A DNA stretch of 63,327 bases, the filler included, from Bigelowiella natans CCMP2755 (lineage: Eukaryota > Protista > Cercozoa), in the NCBI GenBank assembly GCA_000320545.1. It is 5 parts of 5 records of this genome, joined end to end, with 100 filler letters (N's around TTAATTAATTAA, not from the genome) between each part and the next. Parts side by side here need not be neighbours in the genome. Positions count along the whole stretch, not along the records: positions 1 to 25,762 come from ADNK01002878.1; 4 more parts are not named here. One strand, written 5' to 3'. A model generated the notes under the pieces. That model had not been told where the DNA came from and searched no databases. It saw nothing but the letters and a program-made list of their open reading frames with translations. Below are positions 1 to 9,604 of the stretch, piece after piece. Both the position numbers and the translations under genes were made by a program. The stretch's first letter is position 1; each line of letters opens with the position of its first letter.

Positions 1-677
1 GGGGAGGGGACGCATCTCTGCTGCGTCAGCGTGTGCGATTTTTTAATGGGGGAGTGTGAGTGCGCTCGAGGATGAAAAAACACGCGCGCACTTTAGTGTG
101 TTGTGTGAAGAAAAACGTGTTACATCACACACGGGGGGTTCGGTCTGTGTCTAGTGCGCGCGCATACATAGCACGCGCTCTATATGTGTATACATACAAA
201 AATAACATACAAATATATTCGCGTGTGGCTTGCGTAGTGAGCGCCACCCACCCCCCCGCACAGAAAGACAGACTCTGGGTAGGGGGGGGGGGCAGTGTGT
301 CTCTCGCACACACATCCCCACCGAGACGCAAATCATGTTTATCCCCTTCTCGTGGGGGAGAGAGAGTGCGTGTGCGCAAGCGCATCAGAAAGAGAATACA
401 AGTGATAGAAAGTTAATTTAATAGAGGGGGGGGGGGCAAGAGAACGCGCGAGAGAGACGCGTGTGTGAAAAGGGTACCTGCATCTTTCTCTTTCTCGCCC
501 CACAGACACAGAGTGAAAAAGACACACTTATCCGTGTTTCGCGCGCGGGGGGGGGGGAGAGAGAGAGAGAGAGAGAGAGAGTGAGTGAGAGAGAGAGAGA
601 GCACAAGTGCCGATAGTTTTAGCGAGCTGCATGGAAGAGCAAAGAGCCGTCTTGTTGCTCAGCACTGTCTCAAAATC

Positions 678-965
678 ATGAGATATTCCCACTCTTTGAT
701 GCTGATGGATGGCAGGTATTACTGCGTGAACGTGCCGTCATATGGGCTCCTCGAGAAGATCGGAGAGGCAGCGAGGCTGTTTAATAGAACCTCTGGCGCG
801 AAGGAATATGCGAGGAAGATACGGGTCAACGAAGATGAGGGCGGCCTCATTGAGGCCATCGTAGCATCATTTGTGTTAAAGCGCCCCGTCTGGATATGGG
901 TCTTTAACGTTCGTGGCCTGCCTTTGGTTGAATCTCCCCTGATTTGCCTTGTCCCCGACCCTTAG
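678..965 (+). CDS. Possible exon(s) of an OTU-like cysteine protease domain protein (fragmentary)
   Basis: Translation EYARKIRVNEDEGGLIEAIVASFVLKRPVWIW resembles the OTU helix segment Y...m.....WGG.iE..alS..l.rpI.v. The catalytic Cys and His motifs were not found and the gene model is unresolved. Confidence 0.25.
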   Translation: MRYSHSLMLMDGRYYCVNVPSYGLLEKIGEAARLFNRTSGAKEYARKIRVNEDEGGLIEAIVASFVLKRPVWIWVFNVRGLPLVESPLICLVPDP

Positions 966-2578
966 TGAGCGTATCGTTGTGTCTTTGCATACGTGCGTGC
1001 GTGTATCTTCGCGTCTGTGTATTCACTGCAGCGTATATGCTCTCTCAAACGGGTACAGAACTATCGAATTTTGTCCTTCTCGTCTTACTGCTTGTTGTTC
1101 TTTGTGTGTTAGTACATGTTCTACCCTCACGGCCCCGACTCCGAGAGGGTCGCCAAGCGCCCCCCCCTCGGCCTGTTCCACAACGGGAAAACGCCAGTCG
1201 GCCACTGGGATGCTGTGTGTCTTTCGGAGGTATTATTATTGAGGCCATATATTGTTTCCAGTACACAATGGCGTGAATAGTAACGCAGGCACACTATTGC
1301 GTAGTAGTGAGAAGCATTGGAAGCGCTTCGGGCTATTGATGGATGTCGTAGTGTAGTTTATAGTTCTTTGAATTTCACTTTCTCTTTTTGTATATATGTG
1401 TGTGTATGTGTGTGCTGCCCTTTGTGAATGTGTGTATGCTATTGCGTTTGCTTTGTATGTCTGTCTGTCTCTGGGCATCCGTACTGCCCCTAACCGAACC
1501 GAAGCGACTGTGATGAAGCTGTCTCTTGAAGGAGGAATCATCCTTGAAACTCTTAGGGATCTCTCGGCTACCGATATTAAAATGGGCGGGTTCTGAGACG
1601 ACTGGGTGTGCACTTAGTGGTCAAATCCATGCGCAATTAAGCTGCAGTACAGACAAACACGTAACAAACACATTAGGTGCTGGTTTAGTCGTGCGTTCTT
1701 ATATGCTCAAATAAAGCTAGAATATGCGCGTTGCCCTTCGAAGATCCTTCTATCTGTTAGAAGTTAGGTCATAAATAGATGAGAGGTACAGTAAACGTGT
1801 TGTAGTCTAGCGTGGGCGCACTGTATATCTTGTGATTCGATGCGTAGAATGCAAGCTTGTATCGCATCGCGCTCGGTATATGCAATATACAAGAAGGTGG
1901 TCGTAGTCCCGCTGCTGAGCGTATTATTATCAATGTAGCCATCATGATCATGATATTTCTTGATGTTTTGTGCAGCACAAAGCGGGTGTGCGGATAATGT
2001 TGTTCGAGTATGCAAGTACATTTGTAAACTTGAAATTACACCGCACTAGCGCACGCTGCAACTAAGTGCACGACCGTTCGCCGAGCAGCCTGAATTGCAA
2101 CAGATGACAAAGAGCAGTTTATATTGTGCCGCGCATGCTGGCATGCGCATGCCACATAATGCTTTCAATCACATGAATGACAAAATTCCAACACAGCTAG
2201 ACAGGCGGCATCAAAGAAAAGAAGCTCAGTCTTTGAGTAGCTTTTGTAGGATTTCAACTGAGGATGTTTAATAGTTGCAGACTTTCAAACCTTCTCACGA
2301 CGCTGCCATATTAGATTTTGGTATCTTAATAACGCCCAAACAGCACCTTAGCCGCCCCTGACACTTCCAGAGCTGCAAGATCGGCAAACACGTATATTTT
2401 GTTTTATTTCGAATCTACTAGTGGTACAATGTAGGCTATGATTCGATACTAAAACAGTACAATTGATACTAGTATAGTTGATATCACTATACGCGTGATA
2501 TCAACAAGTGCGTGCTTTTCGTCGCATGAAAACAGAACCTGATCTGTATGGTTAAATTAAGCACATGTTCTTGTTATG

Positions 2579-4993
2579 TCACCGAGTGCACAAAAATTGT
2601 TGACTTTTGATATCATCTAAGTAAGCAATGCCTGCAACGATGACCATCATCATTGCACTGACTGCTGCCATAAATGCTGCTGCAAAATAAATCATCGAGA
2701 GCCTATGAAATTCATTTATTTTCGGAGTAATAAGTCTCCGCGAACACATTGTGGCCAAACATCCCACGCCTATGAGTACACCGCCGTAGTCGAATTGAAG
2801 GGATCCTACAAGACTATTTGTCAGTTTTTGTTTATGTACATTATGTGTTTCGGACTCAAGTCAACTTTTACCAACTGATGCGTAGCTTAGAAGTACAACG
2901 CCAGTTGTGAAGAAAACCATCGTGTTGGACGTTGCCAAAGCAACTTCTGAAATTTGCCGATTAAGATTGCTCAGCGGCGATTGTGTCATATTGAGTAGTA
3001 ACTCGACAATGTCAATTACCAGGCAGGGCTCTCATTTCCATCATCAAGGGGTACGTAACTACCGCTCCTCCAATACCAAAAAGTCCTTAAATGTTACAAT
3101 CACATGCAACTTCTACAAATCAGGATATTCATCATCTATAAACTGCCAGTCACGGTATGCAAAACCTGAAAAGAAGCCTGCGAAACCATTCAGAATCGTA
3201 TTGAAGAGCGTCGAACGGCCCGTCCATCTTATGTCCCCGATTGCGAAGGTGTACCTGCGCATGAGACTTCTGTTTGAATATGATCCAATCCAGTCATAAA
3301 TTTCATTTTTTGGTAGAGTACCTGGCTTTTTTTTTCCTCTGATGCTGTAGAAGGAGAGTAGCTCGATTGTAAATACTAGAGAATACCTTGTAAATGTTAC
3401 GGTCTTTACAATGTAGATCGAACTTAGCGATATTTGGCTTACACACCAATATGAGAGCATTGACTATTATGAGTAGCCAAAATCCAGAAGTGCCGCATCT
3501 TGTGGCAAAGGACAGTGCAAGGAATGCTGAATATATATGTGTGGTATTAGATATTTTTCATGTTTCAGCTTCATCTCGCACCTAATACAGTTAAGAAGAC
3601 TGCAAAAAGTCCACGGACCTAATTTGAGTTTGGAATTAAAATTGCAGTGATGATTTGTGAAATTCGTTGGAGGTTGTAGTTGTTAATCCTGATAACCTTG
3701 CTCCAAGGAGGCAGCTGCATCTCCTCTCTCAGTATCTTCTCAAGTTCATCGCTATGGGTCTCCATTACTTCATTGTGGATCACTTTATTAGTAATTTGGA
3801 ACTTAGGTTCTCCAATGGGAGGTGGTTTGGGTAGAGAGACACTAGTGGTTGGTGGCATATTGACAAGGCTTGGTTGTTCCTTCTTCCCTTCAATGTTTGA
3901 AAAGCTCATCTGTGCCGAACTTTCTATATTTGGAGACCGAGATCCATTCACGCTGCGTTTGTCATCAACAGGGCTTACTATTCCCACGTCCACGTCACCT
4001 CTACTACTTTGCTCAATGTATACTGAATTCACTCTGCTTCGATGTACTACTCCAGATTCCGCGTCTTCCCCCATGAATAGACCCACCTTGGCTGAGTTTA
4101 CACTATTGATAGAAACAGCTGAAGGGCGACGGGTGAGACTCTGTCATTGTACACATGTAGCAGATTCAGGTCGTATCATGTGTGAACGTGTGGACGAAAA
4201 TTTGAGCCTACTTCGTATTCTCTTCTATGCAACGCTAGGGCCTTTCTGGTGAGATTGAGAACCAAGATACAAAGAACAAAACCAAGAAGTAGAGAGACAA
4301 CCCAACCTAAAAGAGAAGCTGCTTAAAGAGTGCCTGTGCTCAAATGCTCAGGATGCATCAAATAACCTGGGAGTAGTTGAGTTACTAAACTTCCAAAAAC
4401 AGCCATCAGAATTGCCATTGGCTTTGCATAAAGTTCATCCCAAATCATATTGTATATCAATTGAATTTAGAATAACTTGCATCATAGTCTTCGATAGAAT
4501 AAAACTACCTCCATCATTCGAATTACGTCCCAATTTACTAGAGGACGGTTAGACTTTGTGTAGAGAGCATATTTGGATACAATTAAGGTCAGTGGCTAAA
4601 ACATGTTTTTGTCTCAACAATGATGACGTACCGATGGACGCCTCTGTGCATGTTTGAAATTAAATTTACTATTGAACTTCCGAATATTGTTGCAACAGAG
4701 AGCGGAAGAATTTCCTAAGGAAAGAAAAGTCATGATTCTCTCTTATCTAAAACGTGAAGTAACTTACCTGTATCGGAGACCTAGTCAGCACAAGCGAATA
4801 CAACGGAACTAGGAATTCTCCGCCATTGATGCCAAACCCAGAGGCAATGAAAACTTAGTCACGAATCACACAGTAAAACACTCAGTATAGTACGAAAACA
4901 TTCAACGGTCCGCGCGACGATGCACGCACCAGTAAGGAAAGCCGAGCACACCACCCCGCCGTTGGCGGCAGTGAAAGGGGTCAGGCTGGCCAT
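2579..4993 (-). CDS. Sulfite exporter TauE/SafE (TSUP) family membrane protein, multi-exon
   Basis: Spliced by eye with GT-AG introns: MASLTPFTAANGGVVCSAFLT|VFIASGFGINGGEFLVPLYSLVL, ILPLSVATIFGSSI, RPLVNWDVIRMME|PMAILMAVFGSLVTQLLP|GWVVSLLLG, long loop, DIRWTG..AGFFSGF..GIGGAVVTYPLMMEM..VALATSNTMVFFT..LQFDYG..SMIYF. The two G-rich TSUP repeats are typical of the family. Confidence 0.8.
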
Positions 4994-5337
4994 CCAGGCG
5001 TCCCTCTAACGAGCTGACGAGTAGAAAACTGGCAGAGCGCAACAAATTGCGAAACAGCAAATCAGAGCTTGTCGCAGCTTGAAATCCTCAGTCGTTTCCG
5101 TAGTTTCTCACTGATTTTGCAAATGTCGTGCAGTTCCTGGCAAGGTCGGTCAAGCGCCGAAAGCAGGGAAACGCGCGAAATTGCACTTGAAGTTGTGCTG
5201 CTGCTTTGATGGAGGCTTCAGGTTGTGTGCAAGAAGAAAGCCGCACAGGGCTTTTGGGCACCAACTGAACATGCACCTCGCACCGTGACCCATCTGACAT
5301 CTAGCCATGATCCCATGATCCTTTCAACCGCTTCCGT

Positions 5338-5663
5338 TGTTGCGCGTAAGGTGTTCACAGGCCGAGGCGCTACGTGCACAAGTAGGCAGGGGGGGGGAAA
5401 GGCACGTTTGCTTCCTTTTGAAGAGTTGTGTTTATTTTTATTAAAGATTATATTTTTATTAAATCGTGCACTGCGTAATCATTCGCGAAGCTTTCGCGAA
5501 TGCCGCCGCACGTGGGGCAGCACACTTCCGGTGTGCTGCCATGAGTCCCGCCGGAACCCACGTGCCTATGCTGTATTAATATCTACGTTATCTATATTCT
5601 ATATCCGCGACAACCCCTTTGTTGTCGCACGTGACTTGTGCCCGCGTAGTGGTACGCGCTACA
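5338..5663 (-). repeat. 3' LTR (326 bp)
   Basis: Appears identical by eye to 10999-11324. Termini TGTTGCGCG...CGCGCTACA form an imperfect terminal inverted repeat. Confidence 0.97.
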
Positions 5664-5671
5664 CCTCCCCC
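5664..5671 (-). other. Polypurine tract
   Basis: Minus strand GGGGGAGG directly abuts the 3' LTR. Confidence 0.8.
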
Positions 5672-5714
5672 AAGTCACGTTGCTCCTTCCTTCCTTCCTT
5701 ATTCCCTTAGACCT

Positions 5715-6310
5715 TCATCGCTTTCGGAACTTCACCAACCACCAGGTAATAGATTCCTCTCTAACCTTATCTCCTTTGTCGCTTACCCAGAACTCACCTT
5801 CGTCCTTAGGTTCGTGTCCATACCAGCCCTCTGCATCAAGGTCCCCCAGGACCTTATACCAGTGCTCAAAGGGTAAGTCGGGAACAGCTAGGTAGAGTAG
5901 CTGATATTTTCCGTCCTTTATTTTCATAGCTACCCTCTCCATATTTCGTAATCCAGGGTAGCCTAGATAGACAATCTTCATGCGCCAATCGTCGTTCACC
6001 CTGACCTTATTGTTTCCATATTCCACATCGAACTTAGGTCGGGGTCCTAAACAAGGCATTGCTCGCTCCCACACAGTAGGGTTTACTTTAACATCCTCTA
6101 GGAGCTTCTCACCGATATCATAATTCTTTAGGTGACTGATGTGGCGCAAGGTGACCCTGTTCCCATCATAGATGTAGTACTGCTTCCTCCCCTTCCTCTC
6201 GGTAACCTTTGCAACGCCACCCCAGAAGGGGTCTTGTTTATTTCTCGATCTCAGATTTACCTTGGCCCTAACATACTGTCCTTCCTTTAGAACTCGGCCA
6301 TCGTACGGGA
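5715..6310 (-). CDS. Orphaned C-terminal end of pol: duplicated integrase C-terminal segment plus degenerate N6-adenine MTase-like domain
   Basis: Open frame reading ...RHISHLKNYDIGEKLLEDVKVNPTVWERAMPCLGPRPKF (identical to the pol end) and continuing DVEYGNN..DDWRMKIVYLGYPGLRNMERVAMKIK..LLYLAVPDLPFEHWYKVLGDL..WWLVKFRKR*. It ends about 45 nt before the PPT. Confidence 0.8.
6030..6310. repeat. Inverted repeat arm A (281 bp)
   Basis: Reverse complement of 9243-9523; no mismatch seen on inspection. Confidence 0.95.
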
Positions 6311-6358
6311 GTATGCAACATTAATGACGAAGACGCTAACAGGACTATCAAAGTTGCT

Positions 6359-9300
6359 ATGACCAAGGTTAAAGTTAAAGACAGCTACGGAGACTACAAG
6401 AAACTACCTGCCCTTTGGGATAGTGGCAGCATGCCGAAGTCCTTCATAAGCCTAAGCACAGTAAGAAGGTTAGGACTATTGGATCAAGTGACTAAGAAAG
6501 AACGTAAATATGCTCAAGCAGACGGAAGCTCTTCCATGAAGACCGTCGGTGAGCTAATGCTAAAGCTACAGATACCTGGCAGCGACGCGGAGACCCAAAT
6601 CAAGACCCGAGTAGCCATGACTTTATCCATGGAACTACTCCTCGGACAGGATGCCCTAGAAAAATTAGGGGGGATCATATCATTCTACAATCACAAGATA
6701 TACTTTGCTAAGTTGCCAAAGAAGTCAGGCAGGACCATCAGCCAGAACATGATACGGCTTGACGAGTGGACCTCTGAGTCAAGCGTTAATGCGTTAGAGT
6801 TTATGGACCTAGCGGACAACAAGCTACCTACACCTACCGAGCTACGGAAGAAGAACCCCGGCAAGACCATCCGACAGATAACGGAGCTACTGGACAAGAC
6901 CCCCCCAGCTGATGATTGGGATATCGACAAAGGCAAAAAGTACATTAATAAAATATTAAACGAGAAGTACTCTGACATCACCAAGCCGACGACGAAGCCC
7001 TCCAGCAAGCTTACCCCAGTAAAGATCGAGCTAAAGAAGGGATACGAAGAGTGCATCATCAATGACCCAGAACATAGGCGACCGGAAGCGGACTGGGAAA
7101 AGATAGAGTGGCAGATCAATGAATGGGCAAAGGAAGGGAAGATAGAGCCAAGCAACTCACCATGGAACGTGAGACATGTGCTAGCTAAGAAACCTACTTA
7201 CCCTTTCTTCCGCCTGGCGCACAACTTCATCCGCCACAACCGAGTAATAAAGAGGATCCAGACACCTACACCAAGGATAGATGACGTTATTGAACACGTC
7301 ATAGGATACAAATACTACTCTTCCCTAGATAAAAATGAATCATACATGCAGACACCCATCCACAAAACCTCCCGCCCCATTACCGCGTTCTCCAGCAGGC
7401 ACAGGAAGTGGCACTTCGTCGTATTCCCTTACGGCCTAAGCATATCAGGGGATGCGTTCAGTAGTCAGAACTACAGGGCATACACACATGATGGGATGGC
7501 GTCTGTGTTGTGGGTGTTTGTGTTTGTGTATGTGGATGATGACATAATATGTACCAACACAGTCGTCGCTCAGATCTTCCTCCTGGAAAATATATTTATT
7601 AGGTTTGCACACTTCGGTTTTACTATTAGACTGCAGAAGTGTACATTCCTAGCTACAAGAATCAAGTGGTGTGGATATTACCTGGAGCAAGGCCGCATCA
7701 CCCCAAACCCCGAGAAAGTAGCAGCACTACAGCAAGCCCCTAAACCTAAGAATGCAAAGGAGTTAAAGTCATTCTTGCAGACTGCAGCTTGGATACTACG
7801 TAGGTTCTCCCCTACCTACGCTAGGACTGCAGCTGCTTTTACTACTGCTTACCGGAAGGAGAACTCTGTAGGCCTCAGCTTCGCTAAGGTGTGGGCCAAG
7901 GCTGGCCTTGATGCCCACTTCGATAACCTAATAAAGTTATGCAGCAACACCCTATTGAATGCTAAGCTAGACACTACTAGACCAGCTACCCTATGGACAG
8001 ACTGGTCTAAGCTAGGTATGGCTGCTGTACTTACCCAAGACCAGCAGATCATACGGGTGTGGGGCAGGGCCTGCACAGCAGCTGAGGCCAAGTACAGCCC
8101 TACAAAAGGAGAGTATAAAGCCATGACTGAGGCGCAGAGGAAACTAAGATACTACCTGCTGTCGGTGCCCAGCTTCACCTTAATGACTGACCACAAGCCC
8201 CTCCTAGGCATCGACCGCAAGCTCGAAGCGCCTAACGATGAGTATGCAGCTATGAGGGCGGACACGGAAGAGTTTAGGGACAAGAGGACAGTGGTCTACG
8301 CACCAGGAGACAAGCAGCTTGCTGACTATTTCAGCAGGCTGTTCGAAAAGAAAGTCCCTACCCAGGTCACCCCTATGGTTAACGCGATTACCTTCGAGGA
8401 CGGCGACTTCCTGCCTGAGCCAGAGGAGCTCCAGCACCTTCAAGAACACCTGGATAAATACAAACACAAGCATGAGGTACTTAGTGATAGGATATATGTA
8501 TACACTAATAATGTTAGGCGTACCTACGTGCCACGGCGGACCAGGGGAGCCCTTCTCTTTACCGCCCATGGACCTGCACACGTAGGAGAAAACCATATCA
8601 CTGCTCTACTCTACCATTACTACTGGCCCTACAAGCTAAAAGAGATAAGGACATACCTGCGTGGCTGCAGGTGCTCCAGCTTGAAGGCGGCAGGCGTCGC
8701 CACCAAGGAGTCCAGCAAGAGCCGTGCATCTAAGAAAATCAAAGCAAGGAACTTCTTAGATATCGTGCAAATTGATGTTTATAAGTACGATGGCTATCAC
8801 TACCTTACCTTCGTTGATGTGGCCACTGGAAAGTGCTGGGTTAAAAAGATTATCAAGGTCAACGTTGCTAAGAAGAACAAAGGCTTATATAAGCAGAGGC
8901 TTACTAACTGCTACCGTACCTGGGAGTCTGAGCTCCAGGCTATCCCTGATGAAGTTAGCATAAACAAGATACCAAAGAAGTTACATGTGGATAATGAGAC
9001 CTCTCTTCTACAGCTACCACACCCTAATATTGATGCCTCACCTGTATACTATGCCCAGTCCAACTCCAAGGTAGAGCGACTCCACCGCACCTTGGCCAAC
9101 CTAAGCAGGATAAATAGCACCACACCAGACAAGATACAAGGGTTAGTAAACGACACCTTCACGTCTGGGGGAGGTATCAAGGATAAGGAGAGGGAAGAAG
9201 GCGACGACAACGACGACGATACCGAGAGCGAAGACGAGAAGGTCCCGTACGATGGCCGAGTTCTAAAGGAAGGACAGTATGTTAGGGCCAAGGTAAATCT

Positions 9301-9604
9301 GAGATCGAGAAATAAACAAGACCCCTTCTGGGGTGGCGTTGCAAAGGTTACCGAGAGGAAGGGGAGGAAGCAGTACTACATCTATGATGGGAACAGGGTC
9401 ACCTTGCGCCACATCAGTCACCTAAAGAATTATGATATCGGTGAGAAGCTCCTAGAGGATGTTAAAGTAAACCCTACTGTGTGGGAGCGAGCAATGCCTT
9501 GTTTAGGACCCCGACCTAAGTTCTTTATGTCGTCTAGGGTCATGGGCTTGTCTTGGTCCTGCGTTGCTGGTACTGCTGTCTTCGTCGGCGCCTGCTTAAG
9601 GTGA
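6359..9604 (+). CDS. pol: Pol polyprotein (aspartic protease, reverse transcriptase, RNase H, integrase), inverted relative to the element
   Basis: Motifs ALWDSGS (PR), PYGL and YVDD (RT), LWTDWS..YSPTKGE..TDHKPL (RH), H-x3-H..CRC, IVQID, LHVDNE, KVERL (IN). The last 26 aa are read from antisense gag. Confidence 0.95.
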   Translation: MTKVKVKDSYGDYKKLPALWDSGSMPKSFISLSTVRRLGLLDQVTKKERKYAQADGSSSMKTVGELMLKLQIPGSDAETQIKTRVAMTLSMELLLGQDALEKLGGIISFYNHKIYFAKLPKKSGRTISQNMIRLDEWTSESSVNALEFMDLADNKLPTPTELRKKNPGKTIRQITELLDKTPPADDWDIDKGKKYINKILNEKYSDITKPTTKPSSKLTPVKIELKKGYEECIINDPEHRRPEADWEKIEWQINEWAKEGKIEPSNSPWNVRHVLAKKPTYPFFRLAHNFIRHNRVIKRIQTPTPRIDDVIEHVIGYKYYSSLDKNESYMQTPIHKTSRPITAFSSRHRKWHFVVFPYGLSISGDAFSSQNYRAYTHDGMASVLWVFVFVYVDDDIICTNTVVAQIFLLENIFIRFAHFGFTIRLQKCTFLATRIKWCGYYLEQGRITPNPEKVAALQQAPKPKNAKELKSFLQTAAWILRRFSPTYARTAAAFTTAYRKENSVGLSFAKVWAKAGLDAHFDNLIKLCSNTLLNAKLDTTRPATLWTDWSKLGMAAVLTQDQQIIRVWGRACTAAEAKYSPTKGEYKAMTEAQRKLRYYLLSVPSFTLMTDHKPLLGIDRKLEAPNDEYAAMRADTEEFRDKRTVVYAPGDKQLADYFSRLFEKKVPTQVTPMVNAITFEDGDFLPEPEELQHLQEHLDKYKHKHEVLSDRIYVYTNNVRRTYVPRRTRGALLFTAHGPAHVGENHITALLYHYYWPYKLKEIRTYLRGCRCSSLKAAGVATKESSKSRASKKIKARNFLDIVQIDVYKYDGYHYLTFVDVATGKCWVKKIIKVNVAKKNKGLYKQRLTNCYRTWESELQAIPDEVSINKIPKKLHVDNETSLLQLPHPNIDASPVYYAQSNSKVERLHRTLANLSRINSTTPDKIQGLVNDTFTSGGGIKDKEREEGDDNDDDTESEDEKVPYDGRVLKEGQYVRAKVNLRSRNKQDPFWGGVAKVTERKGRKQYYIYDGNRVTLRHISHLKNYDIGEKLLEDVKVNPTVWERAMPCLGPRPKFFMSSRVMGLSWSCVAGTAVFVGACLR
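9243..9523. repeat. Inverted repeat arm B (281 bp)
   Basis: Reverse complement of 6030-6310. Confidence 0.95.

Noticed and set aside
5225-5710. 161-aa and 127-aa ORFs sharing an identical core (also 10982-11365)
   Set aside because: They are chance antisense readings through the two identical LTRs.
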